A DNA stretch of 63,877 bases from Sphingomonadaceae bacterium (GTDB lineage: Bacteria; Pseudomonadota; Alphaproteobacteria; Sphingomonadales; Sphingomonadaceae): assembly GCA_050330935.1 (NCBI GenBank), contig JBHJHL010000003.1, positions 1-63,877 on the forward strand, given 5' to 3'. Positions within the stretch are counted from its first letter, which is position 1, and each line of letters starts with the position of its first letter. The position numbers were made by a program, and so were the translations under genes. Shown here one piece after another: positions 27,431-38,712 of this stretch. Under the pieces are notes generated by a model. It was not told the DNA's origin. It worked only from the letters and a program-made list of their open reading frames with translations, and ran no database searches.

Positions 27431-27574
27431 AACCAAAGGAATCCTGCAATCCCGCATGGGACGATGGTTTCGTCCGGTTAACCATCGGCCCTGCCTGTCA
27501 AATATTCCGACATTAAAGGGAGTCGCCACGCGTCCGGCTTGGTTTTTCGCTCGTCAGGCGCCACATCATCGGCC

Positions 27575-28423
27575 ATGAGCGACCAGCGTCTCGACCGGCC
27601 GCACCCCCTTGTCCGAAGGTTGTTGGCGCCCAACCCCTCGCCTTTCACCTATGAAGGCACCCAGACCTATATCGTCGGCGCTGGCGAGGTGGCGGTGATC
27701 GACCCGGGCCCCGCGATCGATGCCCATGTCGAGGCCATCCTCGCCGCGACCGCCGGCGAGCGCATCGCCGCGATCGCCTGCACCCACACCCATCGCGACC
27801 ACAGCCCGGCGAGCCGGCCGCTCGCCGAGGCGACGGACGCGCCGATCGCCGGCTGTGCTGCGCTCGCGATCGAGGATGAGGGCCCGCGCGCCGACGCCGC
27901 TTTCGATTTCGATTATGCGCCTCACCGCGTGCTCCAGGACGGCGAACGGCTCGCCGGCGACGGCTGGACGCTGGAGGCGGTGTCGACGCCGGGGCATACG
28001 TCCAACCATCTGTGCTTCGCCCTGTCCGAGGCCGAAGCGCTGTTTTCGGGCGATCATGTCATGGGCTGGTCGACGACCGTGGTCTCGCCGCCCGACGGCG
28101 ACATGGCGGACTATATGGCGAGCCTCGACAAGCTTATGCGGCGCGACGAGACGGTCTATTTCCCCGCCCATGGTCCGGCGGTCGAGACGCCCCGCGAGCA
28201 TGTCGCGCAGCTCATCGCCCATCGCCGCGAGCGCGAGGCACAGATCCTCGAACGGCTCGAAGCCGGGGAACAAGAGATTCCGTCAATCGTAAAAATGATT
28301 TACAGCGACGTTGACCCGCGCCTGCATCCGGCGGCGGGGCGTTCGGTCCTCGCCCACCTCCTCGACCTCGAAGCCAGGGGCCGTGTGACACGGGAGGGCG
28401 AGAGATGGAGTATCAGAAGTTGA
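27575..28423 (+). CDS. MBL-fold metallo-hydrolase
   Basis: THTHRDHS, TPGHTSNH, FSGDHVMG, PAHG. Confidence 0.92.
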   Translation: MSDQRLDRPHPLVRRLLAPNPSPFTYEGTQTYIVGAGEVAVIDPGPAIDAHVEAILAATAGERIAAIACTHTHRDHSPASRPLAEATDAPIAGCAALAIEDEGPRADAAFDFDYAPHRVLQDGERLAGDGWTLEAVSTPGHTSNHLCFALSEAEALFSGDHVMGWSTTVVSPPDGDMADYMASLDKLMRRDETVYFPAHGPAVETPREHVAQLIAHRREREAQILERLEAGEQEIPSIVKMIYSDVDPRLHPAAGRSVLAHLLDLEARGRVTREGERWSIRS

Positions 28424-29061
28424 GAAAAGCAGCGCTCGCGATCTTCGCTCTCGTCCTTGGCCTCGTCCTCGGCGCGCTGGTCGTCGGCACCACCCGCATC
28501 GCGAGCTGGCTAGGCGCCGGTCCCGATCCCGAGACCATCGCCGCCGCAAGCCTCCAGTCGGTGCGCGAGCAGGCCAAGCTCGTTCCGTTCGCGGCGCGCT
28601 TCGTCTCGGTCGTCACCTCCAGCCAGCGACGCTTCGGCTTCAGCGCCGAAAAAACGCTGATCATGCCCGGGATGGTGCGCTACGAGGTCGATCTCGCTCG
28701 ACTCGAGCAGGATGATCTCGACTGGGACGAGGACAGCGACACGCTCACCGTCGAGCTGCCGCCGCTCGCCATCGCCGGCCCGGAAATCGATCTCACCGAG
28801 ATCAAGGAATATTCCGAAGGCGGCATATTGATGGCCCTCACCGACGCCGAAGGCGCGCTCGACGACGCCAACCGCCGCGCCGCGCGTGAGGAGCTCCTGG
28901 AGCAGGCGCGCGCTCCGCTGCCGATGAAGCTCGCCCGCAACGCCGCCAAAAGCGCGATCGAGCGCAGTTTCGCCATGCCCCTCAAGGCCGCCGGTTTCGA
29001 CGCGCGGGTGATCGTCCGCTTCGAGAATGAAGCTCGGACGCTTTCGACAAATCCCGCCTGA
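28405..29061 (+). CDS. DUF4230-like membrane-anchored protein
   Basis: N-terminal TM; PG.VRYEVDL, LTVELPP. Confidence 0.75.
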   Translation: MEYQKLRKAALAIFALVLGLVLGALVVGTTRIASWLGAGPDPETIAAASLQSVREQAKLVPFAARFVSVVTSSQRRFGFSAEKTLIMPGMVRYEVDLARLEQDDLDWDEDSDTLTVELPPLAIAGPEIDLTEIKEYSEGGILMALTDAEGALDDANRRAAREELLEQARAPLPMKLARNAAKSAIERSFAMPLKAAGFDARVIVRFENEARTLSTNPA

Positions 29062-29092
29062 CTTCCTATATCGGTGGCAGGAAAGGGGAGCG

Positions 29093-30097
29093 ATGAACGC
29101 GCCGAACGCAACTTTGCGGGGCCTTGATCTGCGGTCCGAGATCGACAGATTGCGCGAGCAGCGCAACGCGGTGGTGCTCGCTCATTATTATCAGGCGCCC
29201 GAGATTCAGGACCTCGCCGATTTCGTCGGCGACAGCCTCGATCTGTCGCGCAAGGCTGCGGCGACGGACGCCGACGTCATCGCCTTTTGCGGCGTGCGCT
29301 TCATGGCCGAGACCGCGAAGATATTGTCGCCCGAGAAGACCGTGGTGCTGCCCGACATGCACGCCGGCTGCAGCCTCGAGGATTCATGCCCGCCGGAGAA
29401 GTTCAGGGCGTTTCGCGAGGCCCATCCCGATCATATCGCGCTCACATACATCAACTGCTCGGCGGCGGTGAAGGCGCTGTCCGACATCATCGTCACCTCT
29501 TCGTCGGCCGAGAAGATTCTGAGCCAAATCCCTGAGGACCAGAAGATAATCTTCGCCCCCGACAAGCATCTCGGCGGCTATCTCAATCGCAAGACCGGCC
29601 GCGACATGCTGCTCTGGCCCGGTGTGTGCGTGGTCCATGAAGCCTTTTCCGAGACCGAACTTCTCAAGCTCAAGGCCAGGCTTCCCGACGCTCCCGTGCT
29701 CGCCCATCCCGAATGCCCGAGCCACATCCTCGACCATGCGACGCATGTGGGCTCGACCTCGAGCATCCTGAAATACGCGCTGGCTTCCGACAGCGACACG
29801 CTGATCGTTGCCACCGAGCCGCACATCATCCATCAGATGGAAAAGGCGGCGCCGCACAAGAATTTCATTGGCGCTCCGGGCGCCGACGGCAACTGCAATT
29901 GCAACATGTGCCCCTATATGGCGCTCAACACGCTGGAGAAGCTTTATACCGCGCTGCGCGACCTCGAGCCGCGCATCGAGATCGAGGAGGATCTGCGGCT
30001 TGCGGCGAAGAAATCGCTCGATCGGATGCTCGAAATGGCGGGCTCGACCGTGGGGCAGGGCGATGTCGGCCGTCCGGTCTTCGCTGACGCGACCTGA
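29093..30097 (+). CDS. nadA: Quinolinate synthase
   Basis: [35 protein letters not shown]. Confidence 0.97.
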   Translation: MNAPNATLRGLDLRSEIDRLREQRNAVVLAHYYQAPEIQDLADFVGDSLDLSRKAAATDADVIAFCGVRFMAETAKILSPEKTVVLPDMHAGCSLEDSCPPEKFRAFREAHPDHIALTYINCSAAVKALSDIIVTSSSAEKILSQIPEDQKIIFAPDKHLGGYLNRKTGRDMLLWPGVCVVHEAFSETELLKLKARLPDAPVLAHPECPSHILDHATHVGSTSSILKYALASDSDTLIVATEPHIIHQMEKAAPHKNFIGAPGADGNCNCNMCPYMALNTLEKLYTALRDLEPRIEIEEDLRLAAKKSLDRMLEMAGSTVGQGDVGRPVFADAT

Positions 30098-30130
30098 ACC
30101 AGGCGGCGGGGGCAGCGGAGCTTCCGCCCC

Positions 30131-31459
30131 ATGATGCAGCGTTTGCGCAGCTTCTGGATCGATATAAACGCCAGCTACTGGTTCTATCCTGCGCTGTTCT
30201 CGGTCACCGCCTTCCTGCTCGCGCTGCTCACCGTCTATCTCGATCGCCACGGCCTTTCCGAATGGCTCAACGATATCGACTGGATCCATCCCAGCCGTCC
30301 GGCCGGCGCGCGCACCGTGCTCACCGTCATCGCCGGCTCGATGATCGGCGTCGCCTCGACGGTGTTTTCGATCACCATCGCCGCGGTCGCCTATGCCTCC
30401 GGTAATTATGGTACCCGCCTGCTTACCAATTTCATGCAGGACAGAGGCAATCAGCTGTCGCTCGCCACCTTCATCGCCGCCTTCGTCTACGCGCTGGCGG
30501 TGCTGCGCGTGGTCCGCGGCGAGGATGAGCGTCCCGCCGACGTCACCGATGCGCTCGCCACCGATCTTCCGGGCTTCACGCCGCAGCTGTCGCTGCTCGT
30601 CGCGACCGCGCTCGCCTTTGCCGCGGTCGCGGTGCTCGTCTATTTCCTCCACCATATTCCCGACAGCATCCGCATCAACACGGTGCTAAAAGGCATCGGT
30701 CGCCAGTTGATCGCGGACATCGAGCATCGTTTTCCCGACGAGGACGGTGACGCGGAGCGGCGCGCGCCCCTGGGCGGCCAGCCCGTTTGCGCCAGCCGCA
30801 CGGGCTATGTGAAGTTCATCGATTTCGAAGCTCTCGATGAGATCGCGCGCAGGCGACAGGCGGTCGTCGAGCTCAAGCTGCGCACCGGCGATTTCGTCCA
30901 TGTCGGGGTGCAGCTGCTCGAAATCGGGGTGCCGGAGGCGGACGGAAAGCTGGAAGAGGAGCTCCGCGAATGCTTCAAGCTCGGCGGCACGCGCACGCGC
31001 CTGCAGGACATCGAATTTCTGATCGACGAGCTGGTCGAGATCGCGCTGCGCGCCCTTTCTCCCGGTATCAACGATCCGTTCACGGCGATCACTGCCATCC
31101 ACTGGCTGGGCGGCGCCACCGCCGAGCTCGGCCGTCGGCATCTCGTCTGCGGACCGGATCAGGAGCTTTACGACCGCGACCGGGTGCGGCCGTTGTTCGA
31201 CGGGTTCGAACATTTCCTCCGCCGCGGTTTCGGAGGCATGTGCGCCGCCGCGGCGACGAACCCGCTTGCCGCGCTCGCCTATATCGACACGTTGGGCGCG
31301 GTGGCCAGGGCGGCGGAAAGGAAAGAGCGCCGGGAGCTGCTTTTCGGGCAGGCGCGCCAGCTGCGCGATCAGGCGCGCACCGTCCTGGCAGGGCCGGCGC
31401 TTGCTGCGGTCGAGGAGGGCTATGAGCAAGTGGCCGCGCAATGGCCCGAGACGCAATGA
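30131..31459 (+). CDS. DUF2254 membrane protein
   Basis: FSITIAA, LVEIALRALSPGINDPFTA. Confidence 0.88.
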   Translation: MMQRLRSFWIDINASYWFYPALFSVTAFLLALLTVYLDRHGLSEWLNDIDWIHPSRPAGARTVLTVIAGSMIGVASTVFSITIAAVAYASGNYGTRLLTNFMQDRGNQLSLATFIAAFVYALAVLRVVRGEDERPADVTDALATDLPGFTPQLSLLVATALAFAAVAVLVYFLHHIPDSIRINTVLKGIGRQLIADIEHRFPDEDGDAERRAPLGGQPVCASRTGYVKFIDFEALDEIARRRQAVVELKLRTGDFVHVGVQLLEIGVPEADGKLEEELRECFKLGGTRTRLQDIEFLIDELVEIALRALSPGINDPFTAITAIHWLGGATAELGRRHLVCGPDQELYDRDRVRPLFDGFEHFLRRGFGGMCAAAATNPLAALAYIDTLGAVARAAERKERRELLFGQARQLRDQARTVLAGPALAAVEEGYEQVAAQWPETQ

Positions 31460-32304
31460 ACGAATTCGCGCTTCCCGGCTTTGATCTCGCCGCCTTCGTC
31501 GCTGCGACGCTTGCCGAGGACCTGGGCGAGGCGGGCGACCTTACGAGCCGGGCGGTAATCACGGAAAAGGCCCGCTTTTCCGGCGCTATGCGCGCGCGCG
31601 AGGAGCTAGTGCTCGCCGGCCTGCCGGTCGCCTGCGCCTTTTTCGCCGCCCTCGATCCTGATGCCGCGCTGAAGCCGCTCGCCGCCGACGGCACGCGGAT
31701 CGCGGCAGGCGCTGAGTTTCTCCATCTCGCCGGCAATGCCCGCGCGTTGCTCGCGGCCGAGCGCTCGGCGCTCAACACGCTCCAGCATCTCTCCGGCGTC
31801 GCGACGCTCGCCGCCCGCTATGTCGAGGCGATCGCCGGCAGCGGCGCGACGTTGCTCGACACGAGGAAGACCCTGCCCGGCCTGCGGCTGCTCGAAAAAT
31901 ACGCGGCGCGCATGGGCGGCGCGGAGAACCACCGGCTGGGCCTGTGGGACGGGGGTATGATCAAGGACAATCATGTCGCGGTCGCCGGCGATATCGGAGA
32001 GGCGGTGCGCCGCGCCGCCGCGGCCGGCCTCGAGCCGATAATCGCCGAGATCGATGCACTCGACCAGATCGAGCCCGCGATCGCCGCCGGCGCGAGCCAT
32101 CTGCTGCTCGACAATATGGATCTCGAAACGCTGCGCGCGGCGGTCGCGCGCGTCGCGGGGCGGGCGCGCACCGAAGCCTCGGGCGGCGTGACGCTGGAGA
32201 CGATCCGCGCCGTCGCCGCGACCGGCGTCGAATATATCTCGGTGGGCCGCATCACCCAGTCGGCGCCGGCGGTCGATATCGGGCTCGATTTTCGCGCCGG
32301 CTAG
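31456..32304 (+). CDS. nadC: Quinolinate phosphoribosyltransferase
   Basis: LDTRKT.PG, NHR.GL, IKDNH, LLDNM, EASGG. Confidence 0.96.
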   Translation: MNEFALPGFDLAAFVAATLAEDLGEAGDLTSRAVITEKARFSGAMRAREELVLAGLPVACAFFAALDPDAALKPLAADGTRIAAGAEFLHLAGNARALLAAERSALNTLQHLSGVATLAARYVEAIAGSGATLLDTRKTLPGLRLLEKYAARMGGAENHRLGLWDGGMIKDNHVAVAGDIGEAVRRAAAAGLEPIIAEIDALDQIEPAIAAGASHLLLDNMDLETLRAAVARVAGRARTEASGGVTLETIRAVAATGVEYISVGRITQSAPAVDIGLDFRAG

Positions 32305-32774
32305 CGAGGCTCCCGGTGCCGCGTTTCGAGCACCTCGCCCTCGACGATCCTGGTTTCGGGATGGTGCTTGTCGAGCCAGCGCTTGATGATTTTGAGGTTG
32401 CGGCTGTTCGAGCGGTAGAAGAAATCGAAGGCGTCGCCGACGAAGGGGATCGCGCCCAATGCGGTGTCGAAGCCGATATTGCCGGCCATGCGGGCAAGAT
32501 GGAATTTGGACATGCCGAGATTGCGGGCTTCCCAGATGAGCCAGCTTCCCATCGCCGCGGCGATGACGTCACCCACCACCGGCACCAGGCCGATGATCGA
32601 ATCGAGCCCCACCGGACGGTTGATGCCAGGCACCACGAAAACCCGCTCAAGCAGTCTTTCCATCGCTTCGATCCGCTGCCGCACCGAAGCGGGATCGCGG
32701 CCGATATTGGGCAGGCCCGCGGCATTGGATTCGAAGCGTACGTGGGGCGGAGGAAGGTCGTCGGGCTGGTCCAT
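32301..32774 (-). CDS. DUF4112 protein
   Basis: GLDSIIGLVPVVGD, GAIPFVGD.FD..YRSN.RN. Confidence 0.88.
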   Translation of the reverse strand: MDQPDDLPPPHVRFESNAAGLPNIGRDPASVRQRIEAMERLLERVFVVPGINRPVGLDSIIGLVPVVGDVIAAAMGSWLIWEARNLGMSKFHLARMAGNIGFDTALGAIPFVGDAFDFFYRSNSRNLKIIKRWLDKHHPETRIVEGEVLETRHREPR

Positions 32775-32805
32775 GGCTTGGCCCTAGCACCGAAAACGCC
32801 GGGAT

Positions 32806-34245
32806 TTAAGGCGCGCTGGTCTCGACGAGTTCCAGCCCGCCGTGTCGGGCGAACATGTTGGGCCTGAAACCGGCCAGGCGCGGCGAAACCAGCGACCAGC
32901 GCAGCGGCGTGGCGAGCGGAATGAAAGGTACCGCTTCGGCGAGCGCCCGGTCGGCCCCGGCGAGCAGGCGGGCGCGCGCGGCAAGCGTCGGCGCCTCCTG
33001 CGCGGCATCGAGCAGGGCCTCGGCCCGCGGGTCGCAGATCACGCTCCGCTCGCAGGCGAAATGGCGCAGATACCAGCCCGCGCTGTTCGCCGGAGCGACG
33101 CGGTCGACGAGCCTGAGATCGGCATCGTCGGCCCAGTCGACCGGCTCGGCGGCGACGCCGATCGCCCTCCAGTCGCGCTCGATATGTCTGAAGATTCTGC
33201 GATACCCGATTCCGGCCGGCAGAGCGATCCTGAGCCTTCGTTTCTCGAACCCTGCATCGGCGATGATCGCCCGCCCGCGCTCCCTCCGCTCGGCGAGGTC
33301 GAGCCGCGTCCAGCCGGGCTCGGCGGGGTCGAGGCCTTCGGACAGATCGGCGGGAAGCAGTGCGGTGCGGCCGGTCAGCTCCGCGATATCGAAATCGGCG
33401 GCGAGCGAGGCGCGGTCGATCGCCATCGCCAGCGCCGCCCGGGTATCGGCGTCGGCGAGCAGGCCATGATCCTCGACGACCGCGATACCGAACAGCCCGG
33501 CCGCGGGATCGTAGCGCAGCGCGGTTCCCGGCAGATCGGCGACGCGCGCATAGGGAAGGTCGCCGATCGTGCCCCCGATGACAAGGTCGGCGAGCCCCAT
33601 TTCGAAGCGCGCCACCGCCTTTGGCGCCCGCTCGCCACGCAGCAGCAAGGGTGGCGGGCTGCGCTCCGCTTCGCCGTCGTCGGCGGGCGGGACGAGCAGC
33701 ACCGATCCGTCCTCGCGCCATTCGGGGCGATAAGGCCCGCTGCCGCGCCGGTCGACCATGATCGCCATCTCCGGCTGGGCGAGCAGCTGGAGAAAATTGG
33801 GACGTTCGGATTTGAGCCTGACCTCGAGCACGTCCTCGGTCATCGCCTCGATATCCTCGATCGCGCCGAGCATCGGCTTCAAGGGGTTGTCGCTCGCCCG
33901 GCTCATCGCCGCGCGCAGCCTGTTCGCGACTTCCTCGGCGGTCATTCGCTCGCCCTCCAGCCAGCCGCTGCGGGCGAGCCGGAAGGTGTAGCGCAGGCCG
34001 TCGTCGGAGACGATCCAGCTCTGGGCGAGCGCCGGTTCGATCTGGCCGGCGGCGTCGAAACGGACGAGACCCTGGGCGGCATTGCCGAGCAGGAAGGCGG
34101 CAGCCGGATCGAGGGTTTCGAGATTGGGATTGACGAGCACAGGCATGTTGCCGATCGCGCTCACCACGATCGGTCCTTCTTCTTCCTCACCGCAGGAGGC
34201 GGCGAGCGGCAGGGCCAGCAGGAGGAGGAGACGAATCGGCTTCAT
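32806..34245 (-). CDS. Family-5 ABC substrate-binding lipoprotein (orphan)
   Basis: Lipobox AASC; EPALAQSW.VSDDGLRYTFRL. Confidence 0.85.
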   Translation of the reverse strand: MKPIRLLLLLALPLAASCGEEEEGPIVVSAIGNMPVLVNPNLETLDPAAAFLLGNAAQGLVRFDAAGQIEPALAQSWIVSDDGLRYTFRLARSGWLEGERMTAEEVANRLRAAMSRASDNPLKPMLGAIEDIEAMTEDVLEVRLKSERPNFLQLLAQPEMAIMVDRRGSGPYRPEWREDGSVLLVPPADDGEAERSPPPLLLRGERAPKAVARFEMGLADLVIGGTIGDLPYARVADLPGTALRYDPAAGLFGIAVVEDHGLLADADTRAALAMAIDRASLAADFDIAELTGRTALLPADLSEGLDPAEPGWTRLDLAERRERGRAIIADAGFEKRRLRIALPAGIGYRRIFRHIERDWRAIGVAAEPVDWADDADLRLVDRVAPANSAGWYLRHFACERSVICDPRAEALLDAAQEAPTLAARARLLAGADRALAEAVPFIPLATPLRWSLVSPRLAGFRPNMFARHGGLELVETSAP

Positions 34246-34290
34246 CGCCTTGCCTCATATCGTCTAGCGCGGGGCGCGTAGAAAAGTTTG

Positions 34291-34379
34291 TGGTGCGGAC
34301 GGCGGGATTTGAACCCGCACTCCCTTTTCAGGGAAGAAGATTTTAAGTCTCCAGCGTCTACCGGTTCCGCCACGTCCGC
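34291..34379 (-). tRNA. tRNA-Leu (TAA)
   Basis: GCGGACGTGGCGGAACCGGTAGACGC...CTTAAAA...long variable arm...GTTCAAATC...CACCA. Confidence 0.96.
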
Positions 34380-34436
34380 ATGGCCCAGATACCTGCCCTT
34401 CGCGGGCGCGGGGATGCAAGCGCTATCGCCGGACGG

Positions 34437-34748
34437 TCAGTGGGCGGGATTGGGCTCGGGCCGCGGCAGCGGCCATTCGAGCGGCCGCGTCTCTTCCGCC
34501 GCGGCCCGGTCTCGGAGCCCGGCGATGACCGACCAGTCGATCACGGGCTTGCCCAGGCTTTCGAGCTCCTGCTCGGCCACTGGGCCGAAGGTTAAATCCT
34601 CCTCGCGGGGGGCGAGCGCCTTCAATTTGCGAAAATAGCTTTCGGCCAGCTCCAGGCGCCGCGTTCGCGCCGCGGGCGTCACCGCGTGCGCGGCCGCGTG
34701 CAGCTCCTCGGAGGCCCGGCGCCAATAATATCGCTGATCGGATTCCAT
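34437..34748 (-). CDS. Small hypothetical helical protein
   Basis: YY.RRA.EE..AA..A....AR..LELA..Y motif; AAGGGGG RBS; paralog-like to 62425-62625. Confidence 0.7.
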   Translation of the reverse strand: MESDQRYYWRRASEELHAAAHAVTPAARTRRLELAESYFRKLKALAPREEDLTFGPVAEQELESLGKPVIDWSVIAGLRDRAAAEETRPLEWPLPRPEPNPAH

Positions 34749-34896
34749 CCGAGCCCCCTTTCGAATGCGCTTTGAGGCGACTGCCCCCGAGTCGGGAGGG
34801 GGGCGAAGTTAACCTGCTTCTATCCACAGGTGAAGAGCCCGCATGGCAAAAGCTTTGGGTGCAATTTGCCTGCTCGTGATGCAAAGCGGCGGACAC

Positions 34897-35835
34897 ATGC
34901 GGCCGGTGCTTCAAATCTCCGATCTCGGCAAGGTCTACGGCTCGGGCGTGGTGGCGCTCGAGGATATCGATCTGACGATCCACAGCGGGGAAATTTTCGC
35001 GCTGCTGGGCCCCAATGGTGCGGGCAAAACGACGCTCATCAGCATCGTGTGCGGGATCGTCACGGCGAGCAGCGGCACCGTGACCGCCTTCGGTCACGAT
35101 ATCATCGACGATTATCGCGAGGCGCGCTCGCGCATCGGCCTGGTGCCGCAGGAACTGACCACCGAGGCCTTCGAGAGCGTGTGGGCGACGGTGCGTTTCA
35201 GCCGCGGCCTGTTCGGCAAGCCGCCCGACCCCGCCTATCTCGAACGGCTGCTCAAGAATCTGTCGCTCTGGGACAAGCGCAGGACGCGGATCATGGAATT
35301 GTCTGGCGGGATGAAGCGGCGGCTGCTCATCGCCAAGGCGCTCGCTCACGAGCCTGACCTTTTGTTCCTCGACGAGCCGACCGCCGGCGTCGATGTCGAG
35401 CTGCGCCGCGACATGTGGGCGCTGGTGCGCTCGCTGCGCGAAAAGGGAACAACGATCATCCTCACAACCCATTATATCGAGGAGGCCGAGGAATTGGCGG
35501 ACCGGGTGGGCGTGATCAGCCACGGCCGGCTCATCCTCGTCGAGGAGACCGGCGCCCTGATGAAGAAAATGGGCCGCAAGCAGCTCACCGTCCAGCTCGA
35601 CGAGCCGCTGGAGCGCATCCCGCCCGAGCTGGCCGAATGGGAGCTCGATCTCATCGCCGACGGGCATGAGCTCAGATATGAATTCGACGCCAAGGCCGAG
35701 CGCACCGGCATCCCGACGCTGCTCAAAAGGCTCGGCGAGCTCGGCATTTCCTATACCGACCTAAATACCAAGCAGAGCTCGCTCGAGGAAATCTTCGTCC
35801 GCCTGGTGAGCGAGAGGCGCAAGGAGCGGGCATGA
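34897..35835 (+). CDS. ABC transporter ATP-binding protein (YadG-like)
   Basis: [24 protein letters not shown]. Confidence 0.93.
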   Translation: MRPVLQISDLGKVYGSGVVALEDIDLTIHSGEIFALLGPNGAGKTTLISIVCGIVTASSGTVTAFGHDIIDDYREARSRIGLVPQELTTEAFESVWATVRFSRGLFGKPPDPAYLERLLKNLSLWDKRRTRIMELSGGMKRRLLIAKALAHEPDLLFLDEPTAGVDVELRRDMWALVRSLREKGTTIILTTHYIEEAEELADRVGVISHGRLILVEETGALMKKMGRKQLTVQLDEPLERIPPELAEWELDLIADGHELRYEFDAKAERTGIPTLLKRLGELGISYTDLNTKQSSLEEIFVRLVSERRKERA

Positions 35836-36608
35836 GCTTTCCCGCCTTCAATGCGCCCGGCGCGTGGGCGATCTACCGCTACGAGATGGCCCGCGCCGCG
35901 CGCACCGTCCTGCAGAGCCTGGTGACGCCGGTCATCACGACCTCGCTCTATTTCATCGTCTTCGGCGCCGCGATCGGCTCGCGGATGCAGGAGGTGGGGG
36001 GAGTTGATTACGGCGCCTTCATCGTGCCCGGGCTCATCATGCTCTCGCTGTTCACGCAGAGCATCTCCAATGCTTCCTTCGGCATCTACTTCCCCAAGTT
36101 CACCGGCACCATCTACGAGCTTCTCTCGGCGCCGGTGTCGCCGCTCGAAATCGTGCTCGGCTATGTCGGGGCGGCGGCGACAAAATCGATCGTGCTGGCG
36201 TTGGTGATCCTCGCGACCGCGACCCTGTTCGTCGATCTCGCTATCCTCCATCCCTGGTGGATGATCGCATTTCTGCTGCTCACCGCGGCGACCTTCAGCC
36301 TGTTCGGCTTCATCATCGGCATCTGGTCGCGCAATTTCGAGGAACTGCAGCTTGTTCCGCTGCTCGTGGTCACTCCGCTCACCTTTCTGGGAGGGGCCTT
36401 CTATTCGATCGACATGCTGCCCGAGCCGTGGCGCACGGCCTCGCTGTTCAATCCCGTGGTCTATCTGATCAGCGGCTTCCGCTGGAGCTTCTTCGGCGAG
36501 GGGGATGTCGCGATGGGGATAAGCCTCGCGGCGACGCTAGGCTTCCTGCTGCTGTGCCTGTTCGCGATCATCCGCATCTTCGCGACCGGCTGGCGCCTCA
36601 AGAGCTGA
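35832..36608 (+). CDS. ABC-2 permease (YadH-like)
   Basis: [25 protein letters not shown]. Confidence 0.92.
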   Translation: MSFPAFNAPGAWAIYRYEMARAARTVLQSLVTPVITTSLYFIVFGAAIGSRMQEVGGVDYGAFIVPGLIMLSLFTQSISNASFGIYFPKFTGTIYELLSAPVSPLEIVLGYVGAAATKSIVLALVILATATLFVDLAILHPWWMIAFLLLTAATFSLFGFIIGIWSRNFEELQLVPLLVVTPLTFLGGAFYSIDMLPEPWRTASLFNPVVYLISGFRWSFFGEGDVAMGISLAATLGFLLLCLFAIIRIFATGWRLKS

Positions 36609-36887
36609 TCACACGTTGAGCCGTTCGCGCATTTCCTTGCCGGGCTTGAAATAGGGGACGCGCTTGGCGGCGACCTCGACGGGTTCGCCGGTGCGTGGAT
36701 TGCGCCCTATCCTGGCGTCGCGCGCGCGGGTCGAAAAGGCGCCGAACCCGCGCAGCTCGACGCGTCCGCCCTTTTCGAGCCGATCGCAGATCGCCTCGAA
36801 GAAGGCCGAGACCACGCGGTCGATTTCCTTTAGCGTCAGATCGCGGTGATCGTCGGCGATCTTCTGGACGAGTTCGGATCGGATCAT
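36609..36887 (-). CDS. ihfB: Integration host factor beta
   Basis: [29 protein letters not shown]. Confidence 0.96.
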   Translation of the reverse strand: MIRSELVQKIADDHRDLTLKEIDRVVSAFFEAICDRLEKGGRVELRGFGAFSTRARDARIGRNPRTGEPVEVAAKRVPYFKPGKEMRERLNV

Positions 36888-37008
36888 CGCGATTTCCCTT
36901 CTGTTGCGGCGCCCGTGCCGGCGCGCACTGATCAAGGTTAATCTTAAGCCGCAATCGGTCGCGATTGCAAGCTCATGGGGGGCGGTCTCGAGGCCGGCCG
37001 GGGGCGGG

Positions 37009-38712
37009 TTACTTCTTTTCCTTCTGCTTCAGCGCCTCGCCGAGAATGTCGCCGAGCGAGGCGCCGCTGTCCGAGGAACCATATTGGGCAACCGCCTTCT
37101 TCTCCTCGGCGATCTGGTGGGCCTTGATCGAGAAATTGGGCTTTTTCGAGCGATCGAAGCCGGAGACGATCGCATCGAACTTCTGCCCCACCTCGAAGCG
37201 GTCGGGACGCTGCTCGTCGCGCTCGCGGCCCAGGTCGGCGCGCTTGACGAAGCCCGTCGGCCCTCCCTCGCCGGCCTGCACCTCGAGCCCGCCGTCGCGA
37301 ACGTCGAGCACGGTGACGGTGACGACGTCGCCCTTCTTGAGCTTGCCCCCGGCGCCCGGCGTTTCGATCCCGCCGCGTTCCAGTTGCTTCATGCCGAGGC
37401 TGATGCGCTCCTTCTCGACATCGACGTCGAGCACCACGGCCTTCACCGTCTCGCCCTTGTGGTGGAGCGCGAGCGCTTCCTCGCCGGTCACCCCCCAGGC
37501 GATATCGGACATGTGGACCATGCCGTCGACATCCCCCTCGAGGCCGATGAAGAGGCCGAATTCGGTCGCGTTCTTGACCTCTCCCTCGACTTCGGTGCCG
37601 ACCGGATGCTTCTCGGCGAAGCTCGCCCAGGGATTGGGCTGCGCCTGCTTCAGGCCCAGCGAGATGCGCCGCTTCTCCTCGTCGACTTCCAGCACCATCA
37701 CCTCGACCTCCTCGCTGGTCGAGACGATTTTGCCGGGATGGACGTTCTTCTTGGTCCAGCTCATCTCGGAGACGTGGACGAGCCCCTCGATTCCGGGCTC
37801 GAGCTCGACGAAGGCGCCATATTCGGTGATGTTGGTGACCCGGCCCTTGAAGGTGGCGTCGACCGGATATTTGGCCGTGGCGCCTTCCCAGGGGTCGGCC
37901 TCGAGCTGCTTCATGCCGAGGCTGATGCGCTGGGTCTCGCGGTTGATGCGGATGATCTGCACCTTCACCGTGTCGCCGATATTGAGCACCTCGGTGGGGT
38001 GGTTGACGCGCTTGTAGCTGATGTCGGTGACGTGGAGGAGGCCGTCGATGCCGCCGAGATCGACGAAGGCGCCATAGTCGGTGATGTTCTTGACCACGCC
38101 CTCGACCACCTGGCCTTCGGTGAGCGACTGGATGAGGCCGGAGCGCTGCTCGGCGCGGGTCTCCTCGAGCACCGCCCGGCGCGAGACGACGATATTGCCG
38201 CGCCTGCGGTCCATCTTCAGGATCTGGAAGGGCTGGGGGATGTCCATCAGCGGGGTGACGTCGCGCACCGGCCTGATGTCGACCTGGCTGCCGGGGAGAA
38301 AGGCGACCGCGCCGCCCAGATCGACGGTGAAGCCGCCCTTGACCCGACCGAAGATCACGCCCTCGACGCGGGCGGTGTCGTCGAATTCCTTTTCGAGCCG
38401 GTCCCAGGCGGCCTCGCGGCGGGCGCGGTCGCGGCTCAGCATCGCCTCGCCCTGGTGGTTCTCGATGCGATCGACATAGACGTCGACCTCGTCGCCGACT
38501 TGGATGTCGGCTTTCTGGCCGGGCGAGGCGAATTCGCGGAGCGGCACGCGGCCTTCGGACTTGAGCCCGACGTCGATCACGGCGACGTCGTTCTCGATCG
38601 CGGTCACGGTGCCGGTGACGACGCGGCCTTCGAAGCCTTCGTCCTCGCCGCCGAGGGTTTCGTTGAGAAGCGCCGCGAAATCCTCGCGGCTGGGGTTTGC
38701 CGTGCTGGCCAT
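37009..38712 (-). CDS. rpsA: 30S ribosomal protein S1
   Basis: Repeated S1 domains; [17 protein letters not shown]. Confidence 0.98.
   Translation of the reverse strand: MASTANPSREDFAALLNETLGGEDEGFEGRVVTGTVTAIENDVAVIDVGLKSEGRVPLREFASPGQKADIQVGDEVDVYVDRIENHQGEAMLSRDRARREAAWDRLEKEFDDTARVEGVIFGRVKGGFTVDLGGAVAFLPGSQVDIRPVRDVTPLMDIPQPFQILKMDRRRGNIVVSRRAVLEETRAEQRSGLIQSLTEGQVVEGVVKNITDYGAFVDLGGIDGLLHVTDISYKRVNHPTEVLNIGDTVKVQIIRINRETQRISLGMKQLEADPWEGATAKYPVDATFKGRVTNITEYGAFVELEPGIEGLVHVSEMSWTKKNVHPGKIVSTSEEVEVMVLEVDEEKRRISLGLKQAQPNPWASFAEKHPVGTEVEGEVKNATEFGLFIGLEGDVDGMVHMSDIAWGVTGEEALALHHKGETVKAVVLDVDVEKERISLGMKQLERGGIETPGAGGKLKKGDVVTVTVLDVRDGGLEVQAGEGGPTGFVKRADLGRERDEQRPDRFEVGQKFDAIVSGFDRSKKPNFSIKAHQIAEEKKAVAQYGSSDSGASLGDILGEALKQKEKK

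Noticed and set aside
27242-27529. Small minus-strand ORFs in the intergenic region
   Set aside because: They run antisense into the glycosyltransferase gene and span the promoter and hairpin; no motif
34291-34436. Prophage or island at tRNA-Leu
   Set aside because: No integrase and no 3'-end duplication seen
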